Source: Octopus sinensis (Eukaryota). From it: DNA of 64,000 nucleotides. The stretch is from NCBI RefSeq assembly GCF_006345805.1, contig NC_043016.1, forward strand, positions 17,794,001 through 17,858,000, given 5' to 3'. Both the position numbers and the translations under genes were made by a program. A model generated the notes under the pieces. That model saw only the letters and a list, made by a program, of their open reading frames with translations. It had not been told where the DNA came from and did no database searches. The first letter of the stretch is position 1, and the number at the start of each line of letters is the position of its first letter. Below are positions 1 through 12,801 of this stretch, piece after piece.

Positions 1-442
1 CAAGGACGGAAAAAACGGAGAATGTTACACAAATATAAATACAATAAAAATAATAACAGGACATAACAACATAACAACAGGTGTCTTTTGACTAAGGACG
101 AATTGAATTAAGCTGGCGCGTGTGGAAATGAAGCCTTACGGCAGAGATACAAGGATTCCACAAACACATGGAAGAATATCGATGTTGCATGCATGACGGT
201 CAGACCAAGAAAAAAAGAACTGGCTAGGCCGAACGGCGGTCAGGTGGGAAAAGAAGAGAGAGAAGTATAAGCACAGGGACAGAAGAATTAAGGAGGGGCA
301 AGAAAAAATGACAGGGCCACAGTGAAGTGAAAAGTGGAGGGGAAGTGAGTAAGAATAGACGGCAAGGAAATGTGAGAGAGGGGGAAAGCAAGATCGAAGA
401 GTGGAATGAACGAATAAGCGTGAAAGGGCTGATATATATATA

Positions 443-655
443 GTTAATCCAAACATGAAAACACAAAGAGAAAACACAACAACGCGAGGACGTGGAACAA
501 GTATTATTGGACGCTCAGTAAAGAAGGAAAGAAGGAGGGTTTAACGTTTCGAGCGGAGCTCTTCGTCAGAAACACAGGAAAAGGAAAGGTCCAAGGAGGG
601 GAAGACGGAAGAAAAAAAAAATCGCCAACGATGCACACGTGGTCACATTTTGAAT
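443..655 (-). mobile_element. Short non-coding Penelope-like (PLE-derived) element carrying a minimal hammerhead, flanked by (TA)n
   Basis: Reverse complement matches 56165-56387 (ctgagcgtccaataatac..ttcca..cgtcctcgcg; ends gattaac|tatata); contains an HHR core. Confidence 0.7.
539..573 (-). ncRNA. Minimal type I hammerhead ribozyme motif, core intact
   Basis: Minus strand reads GTTT-CTGACGA-AGAGC-TCC-GCTC-GAAA-CG-T-T-AAAC: helix I GTTT/AAAC, helix II GAGC/GCTC, palindromic ACGT helix III. Confidence 0.75.
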
Positions 656-923
656 ATATATATATATATAATATATATATATATATATGTATGTATGTAT
701 GGATGGATGGATGGATGGATGTATGGATGGATGGATGGATGGATGGATGGATGGATGCATGTATATATATATATGTAAATGTATGTATATACACATATAT
801 ATATGCTTGTATATATATATATACATACATATATATATATGCATATATATATTTATATATATATATATATATATAATATATATATATATACATAAATATA
901 TATATATATGTATATATATGTAA

Positions 924-978
<55 letters not shown>

Positions 979-982
979 TATA
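654..982. repeat. (TA)n / (GGAT)n compound microsatellite
   Basis: Directly visible. Confidence 0.95.
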
Positions 983-1640
983 CTAACGTTTACATCCTCT
1001 CAGCTTGAAAAACATGCACATGCACTCACACGCACACACTCACACACACCATTTAATAACAGTTTTGTTCGACTGCATGCAACAAGCTAAAGTTCTCATC
1101 AAGCTGGTAGTAAGCGACTGAGGCGAGTCCAAGATGACTCCTGAGTCTCTGTCGGTCAACACAGGTCACGCGATGTTATTAATTTGGCAACGACATTCCA
1201 ATTCCAATTCTGTATTCCAGTTCTTATAGCCACGTGTTAGGACAGAATATTTCGTTTATGTGACTGTGGTTTCTTTATGTGAGTGCACACGCACGTGCAT
1301 GCCTGCATATCTGGCGTGTGTGTTTGAATGCATTTGCGTGTATGTAATGTGTGAGCTTCTTTATATGTGTGTGTATGTGTCCGTGTATGTGTAAATGCAC
1401 TGACATCTGACGTTTGTCTATGTGCATGTGTCAGGTGTATGCACATATAAGATGTAATGTGTTGATGTGTTGGTCTGTTGCAATGTATCAACATCGTTTG
1501 CAGGGACCTGGTTTGCTGTCGGATTTGGTTGTGTTACGTAAAGAAAAGGATAATATATATATTTATATATATTCTCCATGTTGGACCGCTGAACGCTATA
1601 CAGTTTTTTTCATTCTCCCTCTGTTTATTTTGTCTTACTC

Positions 1641-1676
1641 CTTTCTGCTGAAGAGCGTAGGCTCAAAACGTAAAAG
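1641..1676 (+). ncRNA. Degenerate minimal hammerhead motif within a PLE-like unit (~1575-1765)
   Basis: CTTT-CTGCTGA-AGAGC-GTAG-GCTC-AAAA-CG-T-A-AAAG; two core substitutions; unit ends ttcaac|tatata. Confidence 0.55.
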
Positions 1677-2026
1677 ACTTTCATTTTCCCCGCACTTCAG
1701 AGTAATACAATTGCTTATTGTTCATAATCCTGTCTTCGTTATTTGTTTTTCTATAAATTTCAACTATATATATCTGTGTGTGTGTGTTTGTGTGTGTGTA
1801 TGTGTGTGTGTGTGTGTATGTGTGTGTGTGTGTGTGTGTGTGTCTGTGTTGGCATAGGACGTCATGGAACGTGTACAACAACAAAAATACGAAGTACGAG
1901 TACATGGAATATGAATTATTCATTCAAACAACGAAAGACACAAATGGAAAACAAGACAAACAACATAATGAACGACCTTTCATTAGTTGTTGGCTGTTTT
2001 TCTACTCTCGTATTTCAAGTATTAAC

Positions 2027-2080
<54 letters not shown>

Positions 2081-2322
2081 TAATACGAAAATGGAGGGGA
2101 TCAATAGGTGGTTCATCAACTTTTAGACATTTTATTATGTTAACTTATTTATTTAATTACTAAACTGAAAATTACAATAATATACATACATATAACATAT
2201 ATGCTTTACATATAAGATATAAAATATATTAATATATAAGGATACCAGTAATTATTATAAAATAGCAAACATATGCGTGTTTTTGTGTGTGTATTAATTA
2301 AAAGTGATTAATGTCCGGTCCT

Positions 2323-2378
2323 AGAGTGACCAATGGTTTCGCATCCACAAAGTCCTGGTCGACGCCTCACCAGACTCT
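2323..2378 (-). ncRNA. Type I hammerhead ribozyme motif, one core substitution
   Basis: Minus strand AGAGT-CTGGTGA-G-GCGTC(gac..gtg)GATGC-GAA-ACCA-T-TGGT-C-ACTCT: three helices pair, GUC cleavage triplet. Confidence 0.7.
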
Positions 2379-2397
2379 CTCTCTCTATATATATGAA

Positions 2398-2800
2398 AGC
2401 TGGCAGAAACGTTAGCACACCGGGCGAAATGCTTAGCAGTATTTCGTCTGCCGCTACGTTCTGAGTTCAAATTCCGCCGAGGTCAACTTTGCCTTTCATC
2501 ATTTCGGGGTCGATTGAATAAGTACCAGTTACGCACTGGGGTCGATATAATCGACGTAATCCCTTTGTCTGTTCTTGTTTGTCCTCTCTGTGTTTAGTCC
2601 CTTGTGGGTAGTAAAGAAATAGGTATTTCGTCTGCCGTTACGTTCAGAGTTCAAATTCCGCTGAGGTCAACTTTACCTTTTATCCTTTCGGGGTCGATAA
2701 ATTAAGTACCAGTTACGCACTGGGGTCATGTAATCGACTTAATTCCTCTGTCTGTTCTTGTTTGTCCCCTGTATGTTTATCCCCTTGTGGGTAATAAAGA
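2398..2800 (+). mobile_element. SINE family B, head-to-tail dimer
   Basis: agctggcagaaacgttagca head, gttcaaattcc B-box, central gcctttcatcctttcggggtcgataaa motif, tail gtaaagaaat; second unit starts at 2622. Confidence 0.9.
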
Positions 2801-3650
2801 AACAAGAAAGAGCGGTAGCAATAAAAAAATTGATGGATATTTCGTTGGCCTACAAGACTGAATTTATATCCTGTCACATGACGAAAAGAAGTGTAGAATT
2901 TAATTTGTTCCATCAATCTGCCCAACACTACTAAGGGAGAGGCAATGATTTAACTTTTTAGACATCGGTATTTAAGACGTTACATAATTTTACTGGCACT
3001 TATATCATGGTATCTCATTTCTCAACCTCTGTAAATGTTTGGCCATAAATCTCAATGAAGAATCAATATATTCTTCACTTGTTGTGTACAATGAATCGTT
3101 TGCCAAGCATTCTGTCGTCCAAGCAAGCCAGAGAGTTCCAGTAAATTGCATATAATGCCTAGAATTTAAGAGAATTACTGGTGATCTGCAACAGCAATAC
3201 TTACAGAATGAGCTCTATATATGTTTCGTGAGGTGATAATTTATATCTTTAATTTAAAGACATTCATAAAGTTTAGATATTTTCTCTTTTCAAACCGCTA
3301 GGCCCTGAGATCGAACCTAATATGCAACACAGTGGACAAGGTTCTTCTACTATAGTAATCCTTGTACGCAAAATTGAGTGGACCAATAGTGTACGGAAGC
3401 TCATGAGATGGATTATACCAACTGTTTAGTCGTGGAAACTATCTACCTCTCAGATTTCTGAATATATTTTAAGTTTCTTACAGCAGTAATTCCAGACCAG
3501 AGCTACGTTTTATTTTCTGCTATAAAACTCGGGTTATTAGTTACTTTTTTTTTTTCTTTGCAAACACTTTATTTATAGAACAGTCTGCATGTTGTCGATG
3601 TTGATAATGATGTTCATACTTGTTTGTTTGTTTGTTTGTTTGTTGAGCAA

Positions 3651-4012
3651 AGTGCTCTTCGTCCCATTGAGGGGGTGAAGTCCGAAACGTTGTCCTTATG
3701 CTATTCGTAAGACCCGCAGAAGGGAAAGCAGATCAACCCCCGACACCGAGAGAATCGACGGATGGATGCATGCGCATCCAGGCTCAGCGTTTGCATAGGA
3801 AGTCGGGGACAAGAAACAGGAAGAAAGAGTGAGAGAAAGTTGGAGCGAAAGAGTACAACAGGGGTCGCCACTCTCAACCCTCCTGCCGGAGCCTCGTGAA
3901 GCTTTAGGTGTTTTCGCTCAATAAACACACACAACGCCCGGTCTGGCAATCGAAACTGCGATCCTCCGACCGCGAGTCCACTGCCCTAACCATTGGACCA
4001 TTGCGCCTCCAC
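3651..4012 (-). mobile_element. tRNA-derived SINE family C, tail type 1, followed by (AAAC)n
   Basis: Reverse complement matches 7042-7368; head gtggaggcgcaatgg..tggttagggcag with A/B boxes. Confidence 0.9.
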
Positions 4013-4218
4013 TGCTGTTGATGTTGCTGATCTTATTGTTAATGTTGCTAATGACGTTGATGTTGTAGCTGATGTTATTTTGTTTTTTAATGCTTATCTT
4101 ATAACTAAAATGTTCAGAATGTTAATTAAGATTTAGATTAATTTCATGCTGTATTTGTCTGGTAGATTCTAACATTGGAACCTACGACTTCTACAAACTT
4201 TACCTTCACTCAGGATAT

Positions 4219-4514
4219 TTTTTTGTTGTTTGTGCCTTCTCGAGCCATGCTTGGGTCATAAGGGCCGGTTTCCCGGTTTTGTGGCGTATAGGTTCCCCAC
4301 CTAGACGGAATGCCGGTCTGTCGCAGATGAGCTGCAAGATGCAGGAGGAAAGAATGAGAGAAAGTTGTAGCGAAAGAGTCAGCAGAAGTTTCGCCATTAC
4401 CTTCTGCCAGAGCCGCGTGGAGCTTAGGTGTTTCGCTCATAAACACACACACCGTCCGGTCTGAGATTCGAACCCGCGAGTCCGCTGCTCTAACCACTAG
4501 GCCTTGAGCCTCCA
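4219..4514 (-). mobile_element. SINE family C, tail type 3
   Basis: 12-bp TSD CACTCAGGATAT (4207-4218 and 4515-4526); matches 32080-32369. Confidence 0.9.
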
Positions 4515-5074
4515 CACTCAGGATATCCTTAATCATCATCATGCGCAGCAGCAGCTTTCTACCGGATACCGACTGATATCTGATTCTACCGGATACCGAA
4601 ATCTACTCAACCACCAGAAGTATGTAATGAAAGAACTGTTGTCGCTAAAGCATTCGAGTAAACCCACGAAGGCCTAAATATTCTCACCTGGAAGTCATTT
4701 TAAATTTCTTTCAGATTCTCTCCACTCTGGTTCTGCACATCTGACGATGGTTTGAGCTCAGCAGCCATGACATTTTGAATAATGTAAAGCTGAGACAATT
4801 TGTTATTAGATACGGGTATGTGAGCGTAGTCTGATGCGTGTGTATAAGTGTGTCTGCACGTATGCGCATATGTATTCACATATCTGTATGTGAGTACGCA
4901 TATATAATGTACGCGTGTGTAAGTGTATGTGTATGCGTGTGTATGTGCGCACAAACACACACACACACACAGACGCGTTTACATATAAGGAAATTATAGA
5001 ACGAAATAAGTATATACAGTATGCAATAAACAGATGTATGCATAGTTACACAATAGTAAGAAAAAATGATAGTG

Positions 5075-5350
5075 ATGTGGTCCTCCTCTAGGGACCTCTA
5101 GGGATAATCGAGGAACCCCATCGTCCAAGATCTCCTTGTAAACCAAGGACAAGTACCTTCTCTAAATCCCATCTCCGATCCACATATCTATACTTAGAGC
5201 GGTACTCTCGCCATTTTTGCAACTTTCGTCCACCTTTCAGTAAATTCACTCGAGAACAAACATCTTCCTCTACACCTTCACTTTCCCTTTCTAACGGAAT
5301 GTATCAAAGAGGAATGCATCTGTCCTCATGCCTCGTCCACCAGATTCCTA
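5075..5350 (-). pseudogene. Decayed 3' end of a Tx1/L1-like LINE ORF2
   Basis: Frameshifted minus-strand peptides IWWTR ... KGKVKV*R ... RCLFSSEFTERWTKVAKMARV resemble Tx1-clade ORF2 C-termini (recalled pattern). Confidence 0.5.
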
Positions 5351-5407
5351 GAAGGGTTTTGAGTAATTGATTTTTATGTTAAACCCCACATGTCTCCAGT
5401 TTTGTAA

Positions 5408-5782
5408 TACTCTTACTCTTTTACTTGTTTCAGTCATTTGACTGTGGCCATGCTGGAGCACCACCTTTTACTCGAGCAAATCGACCCCAGGACTTATTCT
5501 TTGTAAGTCTAGTACTTATTCTATCGGTCGCTTTTTTCGAACCGCTAAGTTACGGGGACGTAAACACACCAGCATCGGTTGTCAAGCGATGTTGAGGGGA
5601 CAAACACAGATACACGAACATATACACACACATACATATATGCAACGAGCTTCTTTCAGTTTCCGTCTACCAAATCCGCTCACAAGGCTTTGGTCGGCCC
5701 GAGGCTATAGTAGAAGACACTTGCCCAAGGTGCCACGCAGTGGGACTGAACCCGGAACCATGTGGTTGGTAAGCAAGCTACT
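5408..5782 (-). mobile_element. tRNA-derived SINE family A (CORE-like centre)
   Basis: Matches 61890-62300; contains caccttgggcaagtg resembling the CORE/MIR motif; (AGTAAAAG)n tail. Confidence 0.9.
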
Positions 5783-6314
5783 TGTCTCTGTTTGTTTTGG
5801 GCTAGGCTCCTGTGGCCAATAAAGAACAATTTTTATTACTACCATTATTATTATTATTAATGATAATAATAAAATTGTTGTTGTTGTTGTTGTTGTTGTT
5901 ACAATACAGAATTATCAGAAACGTGTTTATTTATTCATATATCTTTGTTCTTTCATTTATCTGACATTTATAACTGTTTTGATTATGTTATTATTAAAAG
6001 CTGAGGATGAGTTTTATTCTATTCTATGTTTTCTCTTACTGTTCTTATTAATGTCGGCATTCTTTTCCCGATTATTTATATTTCTGGCGTTTGTTTGTTT
6101 GTTATTTCTATTTTCACATTTTTATTTTTACCTTTATCGTTGGTTTTTTTCTTCCATCTTATTTAGAAAGTGCTCCGGAAATAACTCAAATTATTGGTTC
6201 ATTTTTTTTTTACTTTTGCAGCAATCATTTATCGTTAAGACAGACAGCAATGAAATATCTGTTTCTTGTTCAGCTAAATCAGATGTATTCGATTTTTTTA
6301 TATGCATTTATTCA

Positions 6315-6347
<33 letters not shown>

Positions 6348-6676
6348 ATATATAGAGAGAGAGGAGAGAGAGAGAGAGAGAGAGAGATATCATTTTATTT
6401 TCATTTTTAGTCCTTCGTTATTTCTAAGATATAACTTGGACCTGGTTATAGTTAAGATTTGCGACGCACAAATCTGTAATATATATATGCGGGTGTATGA
6501 ATAAATATATACATAAATACATGTGCGTGTGTATGTATGAATATATGTATCTATTTGTATGTGCAGATATATATGTATATACAGGGAGCCACCCCAAAAA
6601 TGTATACATAAACACATGTGTGTGTGTATGTATGAATGTATGTATGTATTTGTATGTGCAGATATATATGTATATA

Positions 6677-7655
6677 CAGGGAGCCACCCCAAAAATATAT
6701 ACACACTTTAGCAGCTGGTCACGCAACTGATGTTTCTTTTTCTTTTTGTTTCCAGATTAAATCCATTGGAATTAATGATGGCAGTCAGACTAAGTTTGGA
6801 ACAAAGGAAATTCATTCTAAAATGCTACTGGAAGTGTGAAAACGCAGTTGAAGTGCAAAGACAGTTTAGGAGGAAGTTCCAAACAGATCCACCACCAGCG
6901 CTATGTCCACGAAAAGCGTTCCGGAAGACCACGAACATTGACAACCCCCCCCCCCACAAAGCAAGAAGGAGTGCTGGAAATTGTTCACCAAAGTTCAAGA
7001 AAATCTGTGCAGCGAGCGAGTCGTGAGGCAGGTATTTTCAATGGAGGCGCAATGGCCCAATGGTTAGGGCAGCGGACTCGCGGTCGGAGGATCGCGGTTT
7101 CGATTCCCAGACCGGGCGTTGTGTGTGTTTATTGAGCGAAAACACCTAAAGCTCCACGATGCTCCGGGAGGGGGGGGCGACCCCTGTTGTACTCTTTCGT
7201 TCCAATTTTCTCTCACTCCTTCTTCCTGTTTCTTGTCCCCGATTTCCTACGCAACCGCCGAGCCTGGATGCGCATTCATCCACCCGTCGATGCTCTCAGT
7301 GACAGGGGTTGACCTGCTTTCTCTTCTGCGGGTCTTACGAATAGCAAAGGACAACGTTTCGGACTTCTCCCATCTTGCGAGCTCTGGGACGAAAACCGTT
7401 CGCTCAACAGCGGGTGTTTCAAATTCGTCTGTCCAACGCATTTTGGAGTGTTATAAATGGAGAAGTTCCAAGATTAGTCCGTGCTATAAATGACTATGAT
7501 CCAGTCAGAAGAGTGCTGCATTGCGAGTAGTACTTGACACGAAGTGTAGATGATGCAATTTCCAGCAAAGTTTGTGTGGAGTGATGAGGCCACATTCAAA
7601 TTATATGGTTCAATTAACCGCCACAATTGCACCTACTGGGGGACCTGGGAATCCG
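6677..7655 (+). mobile_element. Decayed Tc1/mariner-superfamily transposon (DUF4817-type HTH transposase), split by a SINE
   Basis: TA|CAGGGAGCCACCCC terminus; peptides [61 protein letters not shown] in different frames. Confidence 0.8.
7042..7368 (+). mobile_element. SINE family C, tail type 1, nested in transposase
   Basis: tggaggcgcaatggcccaatggttagggcagcggactcgcgg..gtttcgattccc head. Confidence 0.9.
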
Positions 7656-7774
7656 CATATTATGTTTATAAATACACATACACACATGTATGTGTGTATG
7701 TATGTATGTATGTATGTATGTATGTATGTATGTATGTATGTATGTATGTATGTATGTACGTACGTATGTACCTT

Positions 7775-8005
7775 CTTTCTTTATTGCCCACAAGGGGCTA
7801 AACATTGAGGGGACAAACAAGGACAGACAAAGGAATTAAGTCGATTACATCGACCCCAGTGCGTAACTGGTACTTATTTAATCGACTCCGAAAGGATGAA
7901 AGGCAGAGTCGACCTCGGCCGAATTTGAACTCAGAACGTTAAGACAGACGAAATACTGCTAAGCATTTCGCCCTGCGTGCTAACGTTTCTGCCAGATCGA
8001 CGCCT
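7775..8005 (-). mobile_element. SINE family B
   Basis: Reverse complement of 58920-59155. Confidence 0.9.
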
Positions 8006-8009
8006 TACT

Positions 8010-8745
8010 ACGTATATATGTATGTATGTGTATGTATGTATGTATGTATGTATGTAGTAGTATGTAGAGTATGTATGTATGTATGTATGTATGTATGTAT
8101 GTATGTATGTAGTATGTATGTATTATGTATGTATGTATGTGTGTATGTATGTATGTATGCATGTATGTATGTATGTATGTATGTATGTATGTATGTATGT
8201 ATGTATGTATGTGTGTATGTATGTATGTATGTATGTTTATATGTATGTATGTGTGTATGTATGTATGCATGTATGTATTTATGTATGTATGTATGTGTGT
8301 ATGTAAGTATGTATGTATGTATGTATGTATGCATGTATGTATTTATGTATGTATGTATGTATTTATGTATGTATCTATGTATGTATGTATGTGTGTATGT
8401 ATGTATGTATGTATGTTTATATGTATGTATGTGTGTATGTATGTATGCATGTATGTATTTATGTATGTATGTATGTGTGTATGTAAGTATGTATGTATGT
8501 GTGTATGTATGTATGCATGTATGTATGTATGTATGTATGTATGTATGCATGTATGTATTTATGTATGTATGTATTATGTATGTGTGTATGTTTGTATGTA
8601 TGTATGTATGTATGTATGTATGTGTGTATGTATGTATGTATGTGTGTATGTATGTATGCATGTATGTATGTATGTATGTATGTGTGTGTGTATGTATGTA
8701 TGTATGTATGTATGTATGTATGTATGTATGTATGTATGTATGTAT
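8010..8745. repeat. Long (TATG)n microsatellite with internal ~180-bp duplication
   Basis: 8221-8320 is repeated at 8401-8500. Confidence 0.95.
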
Positions 8746-8954
8746 CACAGCAATTTCCCTCGGATGTTAACCTTGGAGGTTACTCTTGCAAGTTTGCCAA
8801 CGCGTACGCGCTGTCTGATATGACTCCTAAGCCTGATGTGTTAGCATTCGATTGTATCGATATAATGATACACGTTGAGTCTATAGTTGCATGTATTACA
8901 AAATAATGTAGTACTTGCTCTGAGTTCGAATGACGATAAATCAGTTGTAAACAT

Positions 8955-9203
8955 ATGTGGTTTCAGTATCATTGCCTGGAACCTTGGACAAGTGTCTTCT
9001 GGAATAAAATCGGGTTGACGAACACCTTGTGATGGGATTTGGTAGACAGAAACTGATAGAAACCTGTTTTATATGTGTGTGTATGTGAGTGTGTGTGTGT
9101 GTGTGTATGTGTGTGTGTGTGTATGTGTGTGTGTGTATGTGTGTGTATGTGTGTGTGTATGTGTGTGTGTGTATGTGTGTGTATGTGAGTGTGTGTGTGT
9201 GTA

Positions 9204-9241
<38 letters not shown>

Positions 9242-9410
9242 TGTGTGTATGTGTGTAACTTAGCGCTTCGGCAAATTAGAATAAGAACCAGGCTTTAAAA
9301 ACAAAAACACAACTACTGGTGTCGATTCATTCGACTAAAAATTCTTAAAGGTGGTACCCCAGCATGGCCGCAGTCTAATCACTGAAACACGTAAATGATG
9401 AAAGTTAAAA
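8955..9410 (+). mobile_element. Old SINE family A with expanded internal (TG)n
   Basis: accttggacaagtgtcttct..ggatttggtagac..cagcatggccgcagtc. Confidence 0.75.
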
Positions 9411-10310
9411 GCTGCAATAAAACCATTTTCTTATTTCACTTTTCTTGCTAATAATGGTCAACAGTTCCTCACGAATATTTACATGGACATCGCTCGAACC
9501 TGAAAGATCGAAGAACGTGAAAACTCGGGTTAGAATGCAGAGAGCATTGTCCAATCAAATTTGGATATAGAGAATTCATTTGAAATAGTTTGAGGCGATG
9601 GTTGTTGTCCCCAGGCCTAACTCTTCAGACAGCAAATGCCATAATACGCGTTCTGAGTTCAAATTCTGCTAAGGCTTATTTGGGTGATAGACAACCCGTC
9701 ACCTGGTCTAACTCCACCGCTAGACATACTGAATTTTTTACAGAATTCAATCCGTTACATGAATTCGAGCAAAACTTCTGCTTTTAGGATGCCCTTGTCT
9801 TTCCTTCTGGTCTCGGAGGAACTGTGAATGATCATAGATACTGTTTTCTCTTTTGATTAAAAATGAAAATCTGCTAGATCCGCCGAAAATTGAACCCACC
9901 GCCTTAGAATATAAAACAGACAGAATGGAAATGGTTTGAAGGATTTTGAACAAGGGCTAAACAATAACAACATATACATTTTATATACCGGGCCATAAAA
10001 ATTCTTTCAAATCTTATCCAACAGTCTTAAACATGATGAAATGCATCGGATAATATAGTCATGCATACTCTTAAAAAGTTGAGACGGTCACGACTGTAAT
10101 GCTTTTGGTCAGAAGTATAAACCCTTAAAATGTCGAGATGATCACGCCTGAAAAGCCTTTAATCACATGTTTGCTCGATCATGTTAGACTCAGGGCTAAT
10201 TAACACCAAGTTTTTAGAACTGTATATTCAACAAATGTGTAAGAGCTAAGAAGAAAGAAGTTTATACGGAACAAATCAAAAATGAGCCAACGCAAAAAAA
10301 AATAATGTGT

Positions 10311-10351
<41 letters not shown>

Positions 10352-11472
10352 TAATTTTAAAAAATAAGAGAAACCATCGCATTTAGTTTCTTCTTATGCT
10401 TTAAACCGTTTTACAAGTGTAAGAATTGTTTTGAGGTTTTGCTTTGTTTTCTGTTGTTTTTTTTTTCATTTTGTTACTCAACAAATGGAAGAATTTCTAA
10501 AGTATTTAGAAAAAATATTTAAAAAAACAAAGAAGAAATAAAAGTATTATAATAAAAATAATAATAATAAAATTCAAAGAAACAGAAAAATACGGACACA
10601 AATAGTTTAAAAAAGAAATAAAATTCTTATGAATGAAGGGCGGACTAAAGAACGAAAGAAATGGTGTAATGATGAAAATAAAGAATTACAAGAGGAAGCG
10701 GGAGCGAGAGAAGGAATGGAAGCACAAATGGTAAGTATTCTTCCATCTCTTGGTTTCTTTTATATTTTTGTAATCTTGGTAGACATTGTAGGAAGAAGAA
10801 AAAAACAAACGCATAGAAAAAGAGAGAGAAAAAACTGAATAAGTAAAAGAAAATATTATATTTATCGCGAAGCACGATTTTCAAATTATTTTCTTGAGAT
10901 TTAGAAATGGTTTTTTGTTCTCTGAGCAATATCATTTTCACTTGTTATCTTATTTCAATTCGTACATGTTTACTTAGTGTTTATAGTACTTTTATATTAA
11001 TCTCGGCTTCTGTACACAGACACACAGCAACATACATAAAGCAGAGACATAAACTCACACATGCACGCACGCACACACACACACACACACACAAAAACAC
11101 ACGTGCGCGCAAGGTACGCACCACATACACCACTCATACACATGTATGTATATTTACCTACCTAAATATCTTAACTACCAATAATACACAGACACAGACA
11201 CACACATATACATACATATACATACACACATGCATACGTGCCTGCGTACGTTTTGTGTGTGTGTACGTATGTGTATGCATATGTGTGTGGGTGTGTGGAT
11301 GTGAGGGTGTGTGGGGGTGGGTATGTAGGTGGTGTAGATATGTGTATTCTTTCTCAGCCTCGACGATGAGCAGTTTTCCAACCAGGTAAATTCCTCTTCG
11401 TTCTGTTAGTTGCTATATACACGCACAGGCACAAACAAACACACACACACACGCACAAATACACATATACAA

Positions 11473-11507
<35 letters not shown>

Positions 11508-11736
11508 GACATACAGGAAAATTTAAGCATGTAGATATATACCATATCTGAACAATAAAACGCAAAAAATTTTAGCATTATTTATTTCCCATTACATGGT
11601 TTCATTTACTAATAGGAGTTAGAAAATTGTACAAGATATCTCCTGATAGAAATTCTTCAGTCAGGGGATCAAATACACGTGTGTTTGTGTGTGAGTATGC
11701 GCGTGTGTGTGTTTGTGTATGCGAGTGTGTGTGTAT

Positions 11737-11784
<48 letters not shown>

Positions 11785-12227
11785 AATATATGCATATATA
11801 CATACATATATTACATACCTACATCTATATGTATATATACATGCATATATGTGTACATGACATCAAAAAGACGTTGAACACAATGGGAAACGAAAACAAA
11901 ATCAAAAACATAGAAACGAGCTTTTTTTTCGAACAGCGAAAAAAACAAACAGAGAAACGAGACATGCAACATAAAGAATATTCCCTTTCCTTAGTTGTGC
12001 CTGTTTCATCTATTCCGCGTTACAAAGGCAAGGACATCACGTTGAAAGGACCGATTCTCATCTGATCACCGACGTTAAGATGCGTTGTGCATAGCTAGTA
12101 GTTGAATAGGTGATCTGTTGAAAAACCGAGATGAGAACAACGTGAGCACAGCTGCATCGTTGAATTGTATAGAAGAATATATATATACATTCTTCTAGAC
12201 GATTCACCTATCCAACTACTTAGCGAT

Positions 12228-12422
12228 GCACTCTTTCACCAACTTTTCTCTCACTCTTTCTTCCTGTTCTGTTGTAGCTGTAATTCAAAGGCCAGCCTTG
12301 TCACACTTTGTGTCACGCTGATTCTGTGGAGTGCTCAGCCGCTTGCAAGTTAATTTCGCGAGCAGGCTATTCTTTTGATCGGATCAACTAGAACTCTCGT
12401 CGTCGTAACCGACAGAGTGCCA
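12228..12422 (+). mobile_element. 5'-truncated SINE family C, tail type 2
   Basis: Matches the reverse complement of 24545-24780. Confidence 0.75.
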
Positions 12423-12424
12423 CG

Positions 12425-12459
<35 letters not shown>

Positions 12460-12607
12460 ATATATATAATATATAGATATATATATATTATATATATATA
12501 CCAAAACCAAAAAATAAGCAACAAGAATGGATCAGTAGTTTAGTACAATTGTTTCATACTATAAACATTTTATTAAAGTTGCAAAAATTATAGCTTTAAT
12601 TTTTGCA

Positions 12608-12757
12608 GCTGTGTGGTAAGAAGCTTGCTTCCCAACCACATTATTCCGGGTTCAGTCGCACTGTGTGGCACCTTGGTCAAGTGTCTTCAATAGTCTCGGG
12701 CCGACCCCAAAGCCTTGTGAGTGGATTTTGATGACGGAAACTCTATGTGTGTGTGTA

Positions 12758-12801
<44 letters not shown>

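Noticed and set aside
7042-7115. tRNA-like sequence (also the heads of other SINEs)
   Set aside because: Runs into SINE body and tail; dispersed copies with TSDs; not a tRNA gene
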